The notes below the pieces were generated by a model. The model was not told where the DNA came from. It did not search any database and saw only the letters and a program-made list of their open reading frames with translations. From an uncultured virus (IMG/VR IMGVR_UViG_3300049489_000458) (taxonomy: Duplodnaviria > Heunggongvirae > Uroviricota > Caudoviricetes): DNA of 20,000 nucleotides. Each line of letters begins with the position of its first letter. Position 1 is the first letter of the stretch. The stretch lies in IMG/VR virus record IMGVR_UViG_3300049489_000458, one strand, 5' to 3'. A program made the position numbers and the translations under genes. Shown piece after piece: positions 1 through 7,785 of the stretch.

Positions 1-228
1 ATTTGAAATTTCTGCTAACAGAGTTGGATCAAATGTTGGTTGGAGTTTTGCGCTATATCCATTTCCACCTTGCTCAGTTGCGATCCGAACCATCGATGAC
101 ATAAATGAATCCATAATACTATCCTTTTGTCGTTTCGAGATTACAGCTTGACTAATCGTCATCTCTCGTAGAGTTTGAGCCGGAACCATTGCTGTATCGT
201 TATCATTACCTACATTCATAGCTTGCAT
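1..228 (-). CDS. Hypothetical protein, 5' part only (runs off the window): MQAMNVGNDNDTAMVPAQTLREMTISQ...
   Basis: Translated by hand: ATG at 228, preceded by an AGGAG RBS, open to position 1, downstream of a promoter-like element. Absent from the ORF track. Confidence 0.75.
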   Translation of the reverse strand, partial: MQAMNVGNDNDTAMVPAQTLREMTISQAVISKRQKDSIMDSFMSSMVRIATEQGGNGYSAKLQPTFDPTLLAEISN

Positions 229-248
229 AATATATCTCCTTTAATTGA

Positions 249-277
249 ATAGTACAACATGTCTCATAATGAGTCAA
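249..277 (-). promoter_or_regulatory. Sigma70-type promoter
   Basis: Minus strand TTGACT-N17-TACTAT in an intergenic gap, upstream of AAGGAG RBS and ATG at 228. Confidence 0.7.
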
Positions 278-280
278 GTA

Positions 281-619
281 TTATTTTTCTTTTTTTAATT
301 GTTTTCTTATTCCATTTTCAACATCTGTCTTAGAATTATGACAGGGTATACAGAGAGTATTATAATTATCTACAGAACAAAACAAAGATTCAACAAAATG
401 ACCTAAATCCTGAAAACCTTCTAATGGTACAACAGGAATATTATGATCTAGTACAATCTCTTTAGGTCCAAATATATTACAGCATATAGCACATTTATAT
501 TTGCCTCGCTCAACTCTTGCTAGTTTTTTAGCTTCATTACGAGGTGGCCACTGATATGATAGTCTACGAAGTTTTGGAATTAGCCATGTTCGTAAATTGA
601 TTTCTTTTTTCTTTTTCAT
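281..619 (-). CDS. Small HNH endonuclease
   Basis: CxxC...LDHNIPV...N..TLCIPCHNSKT matches the HNH/Zn pattern; ATGA overlap with the upstream ORF. Confidence 0.8.
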   Translation of the reverse strand: MKKKKEINLRTWLIPKLRRLSYQWPPRNEAKKLARVERGKYKCAICCNIFGPKEIVLDHNIPVVPLEGFQDLGHFVESLFCSVDNYNTLCIPCHNSKTDVENGIRKQLKKEK

Positions 620-885
620 AACTTTTTCTTATAATCACAATCAACACAGACTTCATACTTAACATGAGTAAAGTCTTTATATTCTATTTTACTCTTACAT
701 TGAGGACATTTAGGTTCAATAACAATATCCTCAGAAATAGTTTCAAGTAAATCTTCATATAGATGTTCACGCTTATCTAAAGACTTTAGTCGTCTACGAA
801 GCTGACGATTCTGACTCTCTAGTTTTTTAACTCTACCACGAAGATGATCAAGTTCACTATGATTCCGTTGCCTAGTTTTGCTCAC
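616..885 (-). CDS. Hypothetical protein with coiled coil and C-terminal Zn ribbon
   Basis: Heptad-like N-terminal half; CPQC...CVDCDY; GTG start. Confidence 0.65.
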   Translation of the reverse strand: MSKTRQRNHSELDHLRGRVKKLESQNRQLRRRLKSLDKREHLYEDLLETISEDIVIEPKCPQCKSKIEYKDFTHVKYEVCVDCDYKKKL

Positions 886-902
886 GATGATCCAATTATG
901 TA

Positions 903-1946
903 TTAAGTATTAGAACTTCCAAATCCACCAGATCCCCTATCTGTTTCATATAAAGTATCGACTTCTTCAAATGAAACAAAAGGAGTTCGCATAGGTACTA
1001 TTTGAATAATCCTTTCGTTAATTTCAATTTTAGCTTCTTTATGTGTTTTATCAAAAACTGCCATAATTTCTCCAGTATATTGATTATCAATTAAACCGAC
1101 AGAATTAGATAATCTTAATCCTTTTTTACAAATTGACGATCTTGGTAAAGCCAATAAAATCCAACCAGGATCGGGTTGACAAGAAATTCCTGTATAAACT
1201 TTAATTTGATCTCCAAGATCTTCAACAAATGCCGCAGTTATATCATAGCCGCCGTCACCAAGTTTAGCGCGAAATGGCATAGTAGCATTATCTCTTAATT
1301 TTTTAATTTTAATATGACATGTACCAAAGGTTTTCAATGCTAACATATTTAAAAATACATTAAGATCTTCCTGGGTATCGTTACCTTTTAATTTATTAAT
1401 TCCATTACAACAAAATGTGATATTTCCTTCAATATAGCCATTTTCTGGAATAATTTTATCAACAGATAGTGTATCAATATCTGCTTGTCCCTTTATTTTA
1501 AAATTTGTACTTGTTATTTTCATCGGAATTCCACTATAAGAACATAAACCATTTTGTTTTAAATATAGTGAATATAGATATTCGGGAGTTAAATTAAAAT
1601 CTAATTTTTGTCTATTTGCTCGATTTTTAATATCGTTACATCGGATTACAAAAAATTTATGTAAAGAATCTTTATATTTATGATTAGGATTTTTATTTCC
1701 AATATATATAGTTTTTAATAATTCTCCTCGGCACTTTCTAGAACAAGTAAATGGACCTTTATATCGTTTTTTATGGAATGGTTTTAATTTAAATTTAATA
1801 CTACAAATTTCACATGATGTATTTAAATTTTGAGTTTTTCTATAATTATTAGAACAATTACGACTACAACATACTTTTTGATTATTTTTTAATCGGCTAG
1901 GTTTAACGTCTAGTTCTACATTACAATTATCACAATTAGTTTTCAT
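903..1946 (-). CDS. dut: Fusion protein: two CxxC..CSxxC Zn-finger repeats and an HNH-like (His-Me finger) endonuclease domain, followed by a C-terminal trimeric dUTPase (about 903-1320)
   Basis: All five dUTPase motifs present: GGYDI, PRSS, GLIDNQYTGEI, ERIIQ, RGSGGFGSS. N-terminal part has Q.GLC.YSG...SVDKI....GY..GNI...C..IN..K. Confidence 0.88.
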   Translation of the reverse strand: MKTNCDNCNVELDVKPSRLKNNQKVCCSRNCSNNYRKTQNLNTSCEICSIKFKLKPFHKKRYKGPFTCSRKCRGELLKTIYIGNKNPNHKYKDSLHKFFVIRCNDIKNRANRQKLDFNLTPEYLYSLYLKQNGLCSYSGIPMKITSTNFKIKGQADIDTLSVDKIIPENGYIEGNITFCCNGINKLKGNDTQEDLNVFLNMLALKTFGTCHIKIKKLRDNATMPFRAKLGDGGYDITAAFVEDLGDQIKVYTGISCQPDPGWILLALPRSSICKKGLRLSNSVGLIDNQYTGEIMAVFDKTHKEAKIEINERIIQIVPMRTPFVSFEEVDTLYETDRGSGGFGSSNT

Positions 1947-1947
1947 A

Positions 1948-2289
1948 TTATCCTAGATATACTAAAGAACCAATTAAAGTATTTTCTGAAATCTTTTTCA
2001 AAGGACGATCATTTATTTTTTTATAAATAAAAACCACTTCATTATTCATCACTAAAGTATTAATAAGAATCACTGGGTTATTTCTTAATATATCCGGTGA
2101 AGGTTTTTCTGTAATTACTTGTATTTCATTATTATCGGTTCCACTATAAAGATAAAGAAATACATTATAATTTTCAGTTTTTAACTCTGAACGCTTTAAA
2201 TAGAAATCTTTTACTTTTATATTCATAGTAACCTCTGGTGTAATAACTTTATCTTCAATAACTGGTATTTTCTTACCAAATCCTAACAT
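1948..2289 (-). CDS. Hypothetical protein
   Basis: ORF in operon orientation; the start could instead be the internal MNIKVK, which has GAGG upstream. Confidence 0.6.
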   Translation of the reverse strand: MLGFGKKIPVIEDKVITPEVTMNIKVKDFYLKRSELKTENYNVFLYLYSGTDNNEIQVITEKPSPDILRNNPVILINTLVMNNEVVFIYKKINDRPLKKISENTLIGSLVYLG

Positions 2290-2314
2290 ATCATACTTCC
2301 TTTGTTGGTGTCAA
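2285..2314 (-). promoter_or_regulatory. Possible sigma70-type promoter
   Basis: TTGACA-N18-TATGTT with a TGn extension and an AT-rich upstream stretch; the -10 overlaps the annotated ATG. Confidence 0.35.
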
Positions 2315-2329
2315 TACTTATTTATTATA

Positions 2330-3043
2330 TTAGATATTCCAACCATTGCTTATTAAAGCTTCGATTGCGATAGGTGCTATATTCTTTTCTCTAACAGATT
2401 TAAGCATCATATCTGCAATATTACAAATTTCTAATTGAGCATGTCCGGTATTGCGTAATTTTTGATAATTGGCAAATGATCTAAGATTAAATATACTAAT
2501 ACGCTCGGTCATATTACATTGTGGTAATATTCCTCTAAATATCTCTCTGCATCTTTTATATTCGGAATTGCTTATGATTCCGTGTTTTTCTTGAAGTTTT
2601 AATCCATTTACTATTGCATTATATGAATTGTTAGCCTCTTCACAAATTCGATAATATTCACTATATGCATCAAGTTTTGTATTTGTGGGATTTAGCCAAT
2701 ATAAATCTACCTTTTTTAATATATCATCCACATCTTCAGGAAGATCTAAATATTCTGATGGCATAGTCCTATAACGCCCTGACATTCCATTATGTGAAGC
2801 TATCCTATGCGTCATATGCTGTCTATCAATCATTATTGGCATCTTAATCCAGAAACGTAATATAACTGATTCAAATGGGGTCGAGTGTCGTTCTTGGGCT
2901 AACATTTTAACTACACGTTCAACGTCGGCATCTGTTCTTGTTTGTTTTTTTTGATAATCTAAACTTGAAGTCCAAGCGGCTTCTGCAATTGAACGATCAT
3001 TACCCATAGAATCCTGAAGTTCTACTTTAATTTGATAACTCAT
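2330..3043 (-). CDS. thyX: FAD-dependent thymidylate synthase
   Basis: HSTPFE, RQHMTHRIASHNGMSGRY (ThyX motif variant), R.ILPQ, NLRS...LR...HAQ.EI; probable start MSYQIK at 3043 via ATGA overlap. Confidence 0.92.
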   Translation of the reverse strand: MSYQIKVELQDSMGNDRSIAEAAWTSSLDYQKKQTRTDADVERVVKMLAQERHSTPFESVILRFWIKMPIMIDRQHMTHRIASHNGMSGRYRTMPSEYLDLPEDVDDILKKVDLYWLNPTNTKLDAYSEYYRICEEANNSYNAIVNGLKLQEKHGIISNSEYKRCREIFRGILPQCNMTERISIFNLRSFANYQKLRNTGHAQLEICNIADMMLKSVREKNIAPIAIEALISNGWNI

Positions 3044-3297
3044 ACTACAGGATTCCATTCTTCATTTCTAATAAACTTGCTATCAGGATTCTTACACTTT
3101 AGCCAATTACAAATATGCTCCGGTTTAATAAAGAACTCAGCCGAGCAATTCAAAGGATATGTCAATGTTTGACCTTGATTAACCCAAGTTCCATATACCA
3201 TAATATAGTTATTAGCTGGATTAATAGATGTATAGAATACTTTAACCGCTACATCCATTGTCGCTTTATGTTTAATTACATCGCCTTGTTTAATCAT
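3040..3297 (-). CDS. Hypothetical protein
   Basis: ORF with ATGA overlaps at both ends and a GAGGA RBS. Confidence 0.65.
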   Translation of the reverse strand: MIKQGDVIKHKATMDVAVKVFYTSINPANNYIMVYGTWVNQGQTLTYPLNCSAEFFIKPEHICNWLKCKNPDSKFIRNEEWNPVV

Positions 3298-3662
3298 GTT
3301 TCCTCTGGATTATACTTTAGAAAGATTCTATTTCCTACAATATCACCTAATTCAACTTTATCATCAATATGACGAGTCGGTTTACTACGAACTATATCAA
3401 CATAATCCTGAAGATTTAATGCCCTAACTACTTGCTCTGCCCATTCATATCCATTTTGTGACCAAACTTCAACATAATCTCCACGAAGAAAACAATGCTT
3501 AAGAAAACGAATATGAGGAATATGAGGATAAAGATAGATAGTTTCACCTCCATATTTAAATGGAATAGTACCAACTTTATCAATTGTAGCATCCTTTGTC
3601 CATAGAACTAAAGTTCCGTCTACATCACAGGATGTTATATTACTTTCGGCTAATACTTTCAT
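3294..3662 (-). CDS. Minimal HAD-superfamily hydrolase/phosphatase
   Basis: CDVDGTL (motif I), WS (II), KP (III), IDD (IV); AGGAG RBS. Confidence 0.8.
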   Translation of the reverse strand: MKVLAESNITSCDVDGTLVLWTKDATIDKVGTIPFKYGGETIYLYPHIPHIRFLKHCFLRGDYVEVWSQNGYEWAEQVVRALNLQDYVDIVRSKPTRHIDDKVELGDIVGNRIFLKYNPEET

Positions 3663-3685
3663 ACATCACACACTCCTGCGTCTTT

Positions 3686-4150
3686 TTATTTTCTATTAAC
3701 AACTTTTTTACACATATCAACAAACTCTTCATCTGAAAGTTCACCTCGACAGTGATTTACTATCCAGGCTACCAAACGTATATTATCTAGAGTATAGCCT
3801 AAACTGGAGTCTATTCTATCTAAACTCGGCTTCCACCATTTATCTTTAACATCAAATATTTCTCCAGTTAGATCACACTTGTTATTCTGCCTTATCGCTA
3901 AAATCTCTATATCATTTTTTGTAAGTTTTACCGATTCTGGTCTTTTTCTAGCGTTAGCTTTTCTAGCTAAGTAGGCCCACCAATTATTAATCCTTGACTT
4001 TCTGTCCTGATTACTTGTGCATACAGTACACGTATAATAGTCTCTCTGTCTTTTAGAAGTCCTGAATCTAAACTTAGTTTCGGTATTACATTGATTACAG
4101 AACCTAAATAAAAACTTACTCAATGTCACATATTCCCTTAGCACAATCAT
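3686..4150 (-). CDS. Free-standing HNH-like homing endonuclease overlapping the nrdJ 3' end (start uncertain)
   Basis: CxxC...CxxC; QNNKCDLTG...SLDRIDSSLGYTLDNIRLV...VN. Confidence 0.8.
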   Translation of the reverse strand: MIVLREYVTLSKFLFRFCNQCNTETKFRFRTSKRQRDYYTCTVCTSNQDRKSRINNWWAYLARKANARKRPESVKLTKNDIEILAIRQNNKCDLTGEIFDVKDKWWKPSLDRIDSSLGYTLDNIRLVAWIVNHCRGELSDEEFVDMCKKVVNRK

Positions 4151-5888
4151 TAATATTCAATTCCTCTAAATGATTCTCATTAAACCTTAGCTTTGCTTCC
4201 TCAAGAGATAATGCGGTAAGGGGAGGTAGTTCCAATTCCCCTTTGGAATTTATATATCCTCTGGTATTTTCTCGATAAAAGGTAGTCCCTTTAAGATGAG
4301 GTAAATATTCTAACCAAAGTTTACCTACTTCTTCCATTGGGTAGTCTTCTAAAATGTTAATAGTTTTCGATACAGCATTATCAACATGTTTTTGAACAAT
4401 TTTTTGAACTTCCATATGCGCTCTTACCGATAGATCTCGTGAATTTACAAAATTTTCCACGGACTTATTTTCTCTCATATATCTTGAAAATAGTGGATGC
4501 ATAACGAGTTCTGTTTTTCTTTCCTCATTATCCCAATACCTTCTTTCATATGCTGCAGCAAACATAGGTTCTATACCACTAGAGCAGTTGTCTGACAGAA
4601 TAGAGACTGTTCCGCAGGGAGCTTGAGTTAGTATCGCACAGTTTCTAATACCATGTTCTAATACTAATGATTTAATCTTCGGAGGCATCCTTTTCATAAA
4701 GCCGGATTCAATGTGTTTATCTGGCTTACACGCAGGAAAGGTGCCTTTCTCAACAGCTAACATAATACTAGCTTCATAAGCTGTCTTTGAAATAAAGCGA
4801 TATAATTTATCCACAGCTTTATTACCTTCATCGCTGCCATACTTATGACCAAGCATAACTAACATATCAGCCAATCCGGTAGTTCCTAGTCCAATCCTGC
4901 GTAATTTATGAGATTTATCTTTCATCTCAACTAAAGGGTAGTGATTGACAGATAAAACATTATCGAGGAAACGAACAGAGAGCCGTATTGTATCACCGAG
5001 TCTAGCGTAGTCAATCTGCCCTTCGGCATTAATAAAACGTGGTAAAACAATATGACCCAAGCAGCAGCAATCAAAAGCACTGAGAGCGATTTCACCACAA
5101 GGATTAGTAGTAACCAGTTCTTCAATGTAATATATGTTGGATTCATTTTCAACTAACTCCCAATTAAGAAATCCAGGTTCGGCACAGTTATAAGCATTAC
5201 TAACAATCTTATTCCACAAATCACGAGCTTTAATGATTTTTTTGTATTTACCTTTCCAAGACAGTTCCCAATCTAAATTCTTTTCCACAGCTTTAACGAA
5301 CTCTTTAGTTCGTTTACTTCGTACACTAACATTAGCATGTGTTAATTGACCATTAACTAGTTTTGCATCAAGGAATTCTTCAATATCTGTATGATCTAAA
5401 TCCAAACTAAACATTAGAGCCACGCGGCGAGCGCCTCCCGCTTTAATTGGGTCAGCACATCCATCGACTAATCTCATTAGCTCAACTGGCCCAGGACATT
5501 CGCCTCTTTGACCATTAATCAAAGCACCTTTAGGTCTTACATCTGAAAAATCGTCACCACAACCACCTCCGGTCATGGATGTAATTATGACGTTTTTAGC
5601 GGTATTACCCCATCCCTCTTTGCTATCTTTTTTTGGATCTAAAACAAAACAGTTCAGTAATTGTGGACAAATTCTTCCAGAATTATACCAAATACGTCCA
5701 CCTGGAACAAATTCGTTATTTTGTAGAATATTATTAAATTTCTGTTCATAAAATTTCTGTTTATCTGGCAATTCAGCAATAGCCATTTGGCGAGCGACTC
5801 GTAGACACGCTTCATCCCAAGTTTCTTCTGTGGTAAATGCATAACGATCTTTAAATATCTTTAATGCAAATCCTTCAGGCTGATACAT
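4116..5888 (-). CDS. nrdJ: Ribonucleotide reductase, probably class II (adenosylcobalamin-dependent), no ATP cone
   Basis: PGGRI, NCFV, RPKG, EPG, TNPCGE, RRIGLG, SSGIEP, SKTIN and C-terminal CxxGxC; no C-terminal YY pair and no beta-subunit gene in the window. Confidence 0.88.
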   Translation of the reverse strand: MYQPEGFALKIFKDRYAFTTEETWDEACLRVARQMAIAELPDKQKFYEQKFNNILQNNEFVPGGRIWYNSGRICPQLLNCFVLDPKKDSKEGWGNTAKNVIITSMTGGGCGDDFSDVRPKGALINGQRGECPGPVELMRLVDGCADPIKAGGARRVALMFSLDLDHTDIEEFLDAKLVNGQLTHANVSVRSKRTKEFVKAVEKNLDWELSWKGKYKKIIKARDLWNKIVSNAYNCAEPGFLNWELVENESNIYYIEELVTTNPCGEIALSAFDCCCLGHIVLPRFINAEGQIDYARLGDTIRLSVRFLDNVLSVNHYPLVEMKDKSHKLRRIGLGTTGLADMLVMLGHKYGSDEGNKAVDKLYRFISKTAYEASIMLAVEKGTFPACKPDKHIESGFMKRMPPKIKSLVLEHGIRNCAILTQAPCGTVSILSDNCSSGIEPMFAAAYERRYWDNEERKTELVMHPLFSRYMRENKSVENFVNSRDLSVRAHMEVQKIVQKHVDNAVSKTINILEDYPMEEVGKLWLEYLPHLKGTTFYRENTRGYINSKGELELPPLTALSLEEAKLRFNENHLEELNINDCAKGICDIE

Positions 5889-5897
5889 CTATTCCCC

Positions 5898-6116
5898 TTA
5901 AACTTCAGTGTATTTCTTGATCTTCAGGATATTATAATATGGGTAAAATGTCAATGGAGAATCTTTAAGACCGACATTGTGTCCTTCAATGCCAATTCGG
6001 GTAATATCCGTCAATACAACTTTATCAACCATTCCGGTCATCAGAAATATGCTAATAGTCTCACCAACCCTACATCCTGCTATTTTATTACCTTTACCAC
6101 CTTGTATAACGTCCAT
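5898..6116 (-). CDS. Small hypothetical protein, possibly Sm/Hfq-like beta-barrel
   Basis: G.TISIFLMTG...V.LTDI...I......FYPYYNILKI resembles the Sm1/Sm2 strand pattern; fold is inferred by eye. Confidence 0.5.
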   Translation of the reverse strand: MDVIQGGKGNKIAGCRVGETISIFLMTGMVDKVVLTDITRIGIEGHNVGLKDSPLTFYPYYNILKIKKYTEV

Positions 6117-6370
6117 TACAAAGTCGATCCTGCATTAGGGTCACTTCCTGCATATTCTTTAAACTCGTACATTTCCGCATGACGAATAGAGAAAATTTTA
6201 CCACTTTTAACTTCGCGAATAAGACTTACTGGCTGGAAATCTTCATCATACCAATTAAATTCAATTTCAAAGATTACAGTATTTTTACGCCGATGAATAA
6301 GGACACCCACGGGTAATTGGTGTTTTTTAAGGAAAAACTTACGATAAAGTCTGCCTAGTAGTTTTTTCAT
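6116..6370 (-). CDS. Hypothetical protein
   Basis: ORF coupled by ATGA and TAATG overlaps. Confidence 0.6.
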   Translation of the reverse strand: MKKLLGRLYRKFFLKKHQLPVGVLIHRRKNTVIFEIEFNWYDEDFQPVSLIREVKSGKIFSIRHAEMYEFKEYAGSDPNAGSTL

Positions 6371-6747
6371 TCTTTGGCTCCTGGGGCTAGGGGTGATCCG
6401 AACTTTTCATGTAATTCTTGCGATAACGCCAATGCTCTCCATGCAATAGAAGACGCTTCAGTAAGCAAATCTTCAATTCCTTTAGGAGTCAATGCTCCTC
6501 TTTCGTCCATTGCTAAAAGATCCTGAGTATCCATTAAATGTCGAATAATACAGTCTCCATGATCGTTGCTTTTTTTACGAGCATGATATAACGTTTCACC
6601 AGGGTTATGCTTGTCGTTACCCAATTTAGAAATGCGAGCTACTCCAGCTAAAGCGGCTGGAAAATAACGCAACACTCCGCTTAATAGTGGGTAATTTTTA
6701 CGTTCAGCCGAATTAATTGGCAATGTCATCGATTTAACTTCACTCAT
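6367..6747 (-). CDS. DUF5664-like protein (dATP/dGTP diphosphohydrolase N-terminal domain family)
   Basis: RK.YP...G...YFPAAL..VARIS..GN.KH.P......D...RHL...A..AWRALA pattern. Confidence 0.7.
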   Translation of the reverse strand: MSEVKSMTLPINSAERKNYPLLSGVLRYFPAALAGVARISKLGNDKHNPGETLYHARKKSNDHGDCIIRHLMDTQDLLAMDERGALTPKGIEDLLTEASSIAWRALALSQELHEKFGSPLAPGAKE

Positions 6748-6959
6748 GCTCTTTTCCTAAAGAATATAACATTCTCAATAATTCCATCTTTAATTGGCAT
6801 TCGCTGATGTACCATCTCTACTTCACTAGGTTGAAATGAAGTCTCGGCTAAATATGCTTTAGCGAATTCTTCCAAGATTTTAGCCTTTTCTTTTTGTATC
6901 TTCATAACGGCATCATTTAACGATATATTAGCTAATTCTTCAATTTTATCATTTGCCAT
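6744..6959 (-). CDS. Hypothetical protein
   Basis: Coupled ORF with a GGGA RBS. Confidence 0.6.
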   Translation of the reverse strand: MANDKIEELANISLNDAVMKIQKEKAKILEEFAKAYLAETSFQPSEVEMVHQRMPIKDGIIENVIFFRKRA

Positions 6960-7476
6960 ATTTTTCCCTAATAGAAGGTTTTAATTGATGCTGTAATTCT
7001 CTAACTTCTTGACGAGTTGGAAACCGACCAAGTGTATATAGAGTTTTATAATGATAAAGATCAATATGCTCCTGATACTTTACTCGCCATAAAGGTAGTT
7101 CTAGTTCTAATTCCTGATGTATCCTAGACATATATGATATACCGGCTGTCTCAATTTGTAAAATGATTTTTCTATGTTCTTTAGTTAAATCAGGACGCTT
7201 GCCTGACATAGTACCTTTATTCAACTCGATAAGTGCTGTATTTTGTTCAGGTGTAGATGGATTTTCTTTATAATCAGCATGATGGCCTAACTCATGTAAT
7301 AGTGATAAAATCACTTCAGTCTTATTAGTTCTGTTATTAGTGAATAGAGTAATAGACTCGCCTTCAACATATTCAGCTTCGCCAGTAAGAATAGAATAGG
7401 GACGAACTTTTAAATCAAGCCCTCGACTAATAATATAGCCTTTGAGTTTTTTTAAATCTCGATCCCTACTACTCAC
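6949..7476 (-). CDS. HExxH zinc metallopeptidase-like protein (ImmA/IrrE-like)
   Basis: SLLHELGH plus downstream E..A/G (IETAG); GGAG RBS before GTG. Confidence 0.7.
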   Translation of the reverse strand: MSSRDRDLKKLKGYIISRGLDLKVRPYSILTGEAEYVEGESITLFTNNRTNKTEVILSLLHELGHHADYKENPSTPEQNTALIELNKGTMSGKRPDLTKEHRKIILQIETAGISYMSRIHQELELELPLWRVKYQEHIDLYHYKTLYTLGRFPTRQEVRELQHQLKPSIREKYGK

Positions 7477-7479
7477 TAT

Positions 7480-7785
7480 TTACTCCAAATACTCAAAAAT
7501 ATAACCAAGATGTGTTTTTTTAGTTTTATTTAATACTGCACTAATATTTTTATTAGATAGCCCATATTTCGATGCACATTCTCGTTGATTAGTAAAAATA
7601 CCAAAAACTTGTCCATTTTTATCATACATAATAAATGGAGAACTACTCTCAACGACACTAAACTCTAACTTCTCTTGTAGTCGAAATAGTTCATCTTTAT
7701 ATATAAATATACAATTATTTAGAGTTTTTTTCTGCCAATTCAAACATCCAGTATTATATATACTATAAATTCCTTTATTTTGCAT
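7480..7785 (-). CDS. Degenerate GIY-YIG endonuclease remnant that keeps a NUMOD1-type DNA-binding domain
   Basis: N-terminal KGIYSIYN with no YIG/R/E/N motifs; C-terminal YDKNG...F.....A...G....I...L....KTHLGYIFEY. Confidence 0.7.
   Translation of the reverse strand: MQNKGIYSIYNTGCLNWQKKTLNNCIFIYKDELFRLQEKLEFSVVESSSPFIMYDKNGQVFGIFTNQRECASKYGLSNKNISAVLNKTKKTHLGYIFEYLE

Noticed and set aside
903..1946. Intein or group I intron explaining the endonuclease-dUTPase fusion
   Set aside because: There is no HN-C/S/T splice junction and no upstream dUTPase exon; the dUTPase motifs are contiguous.
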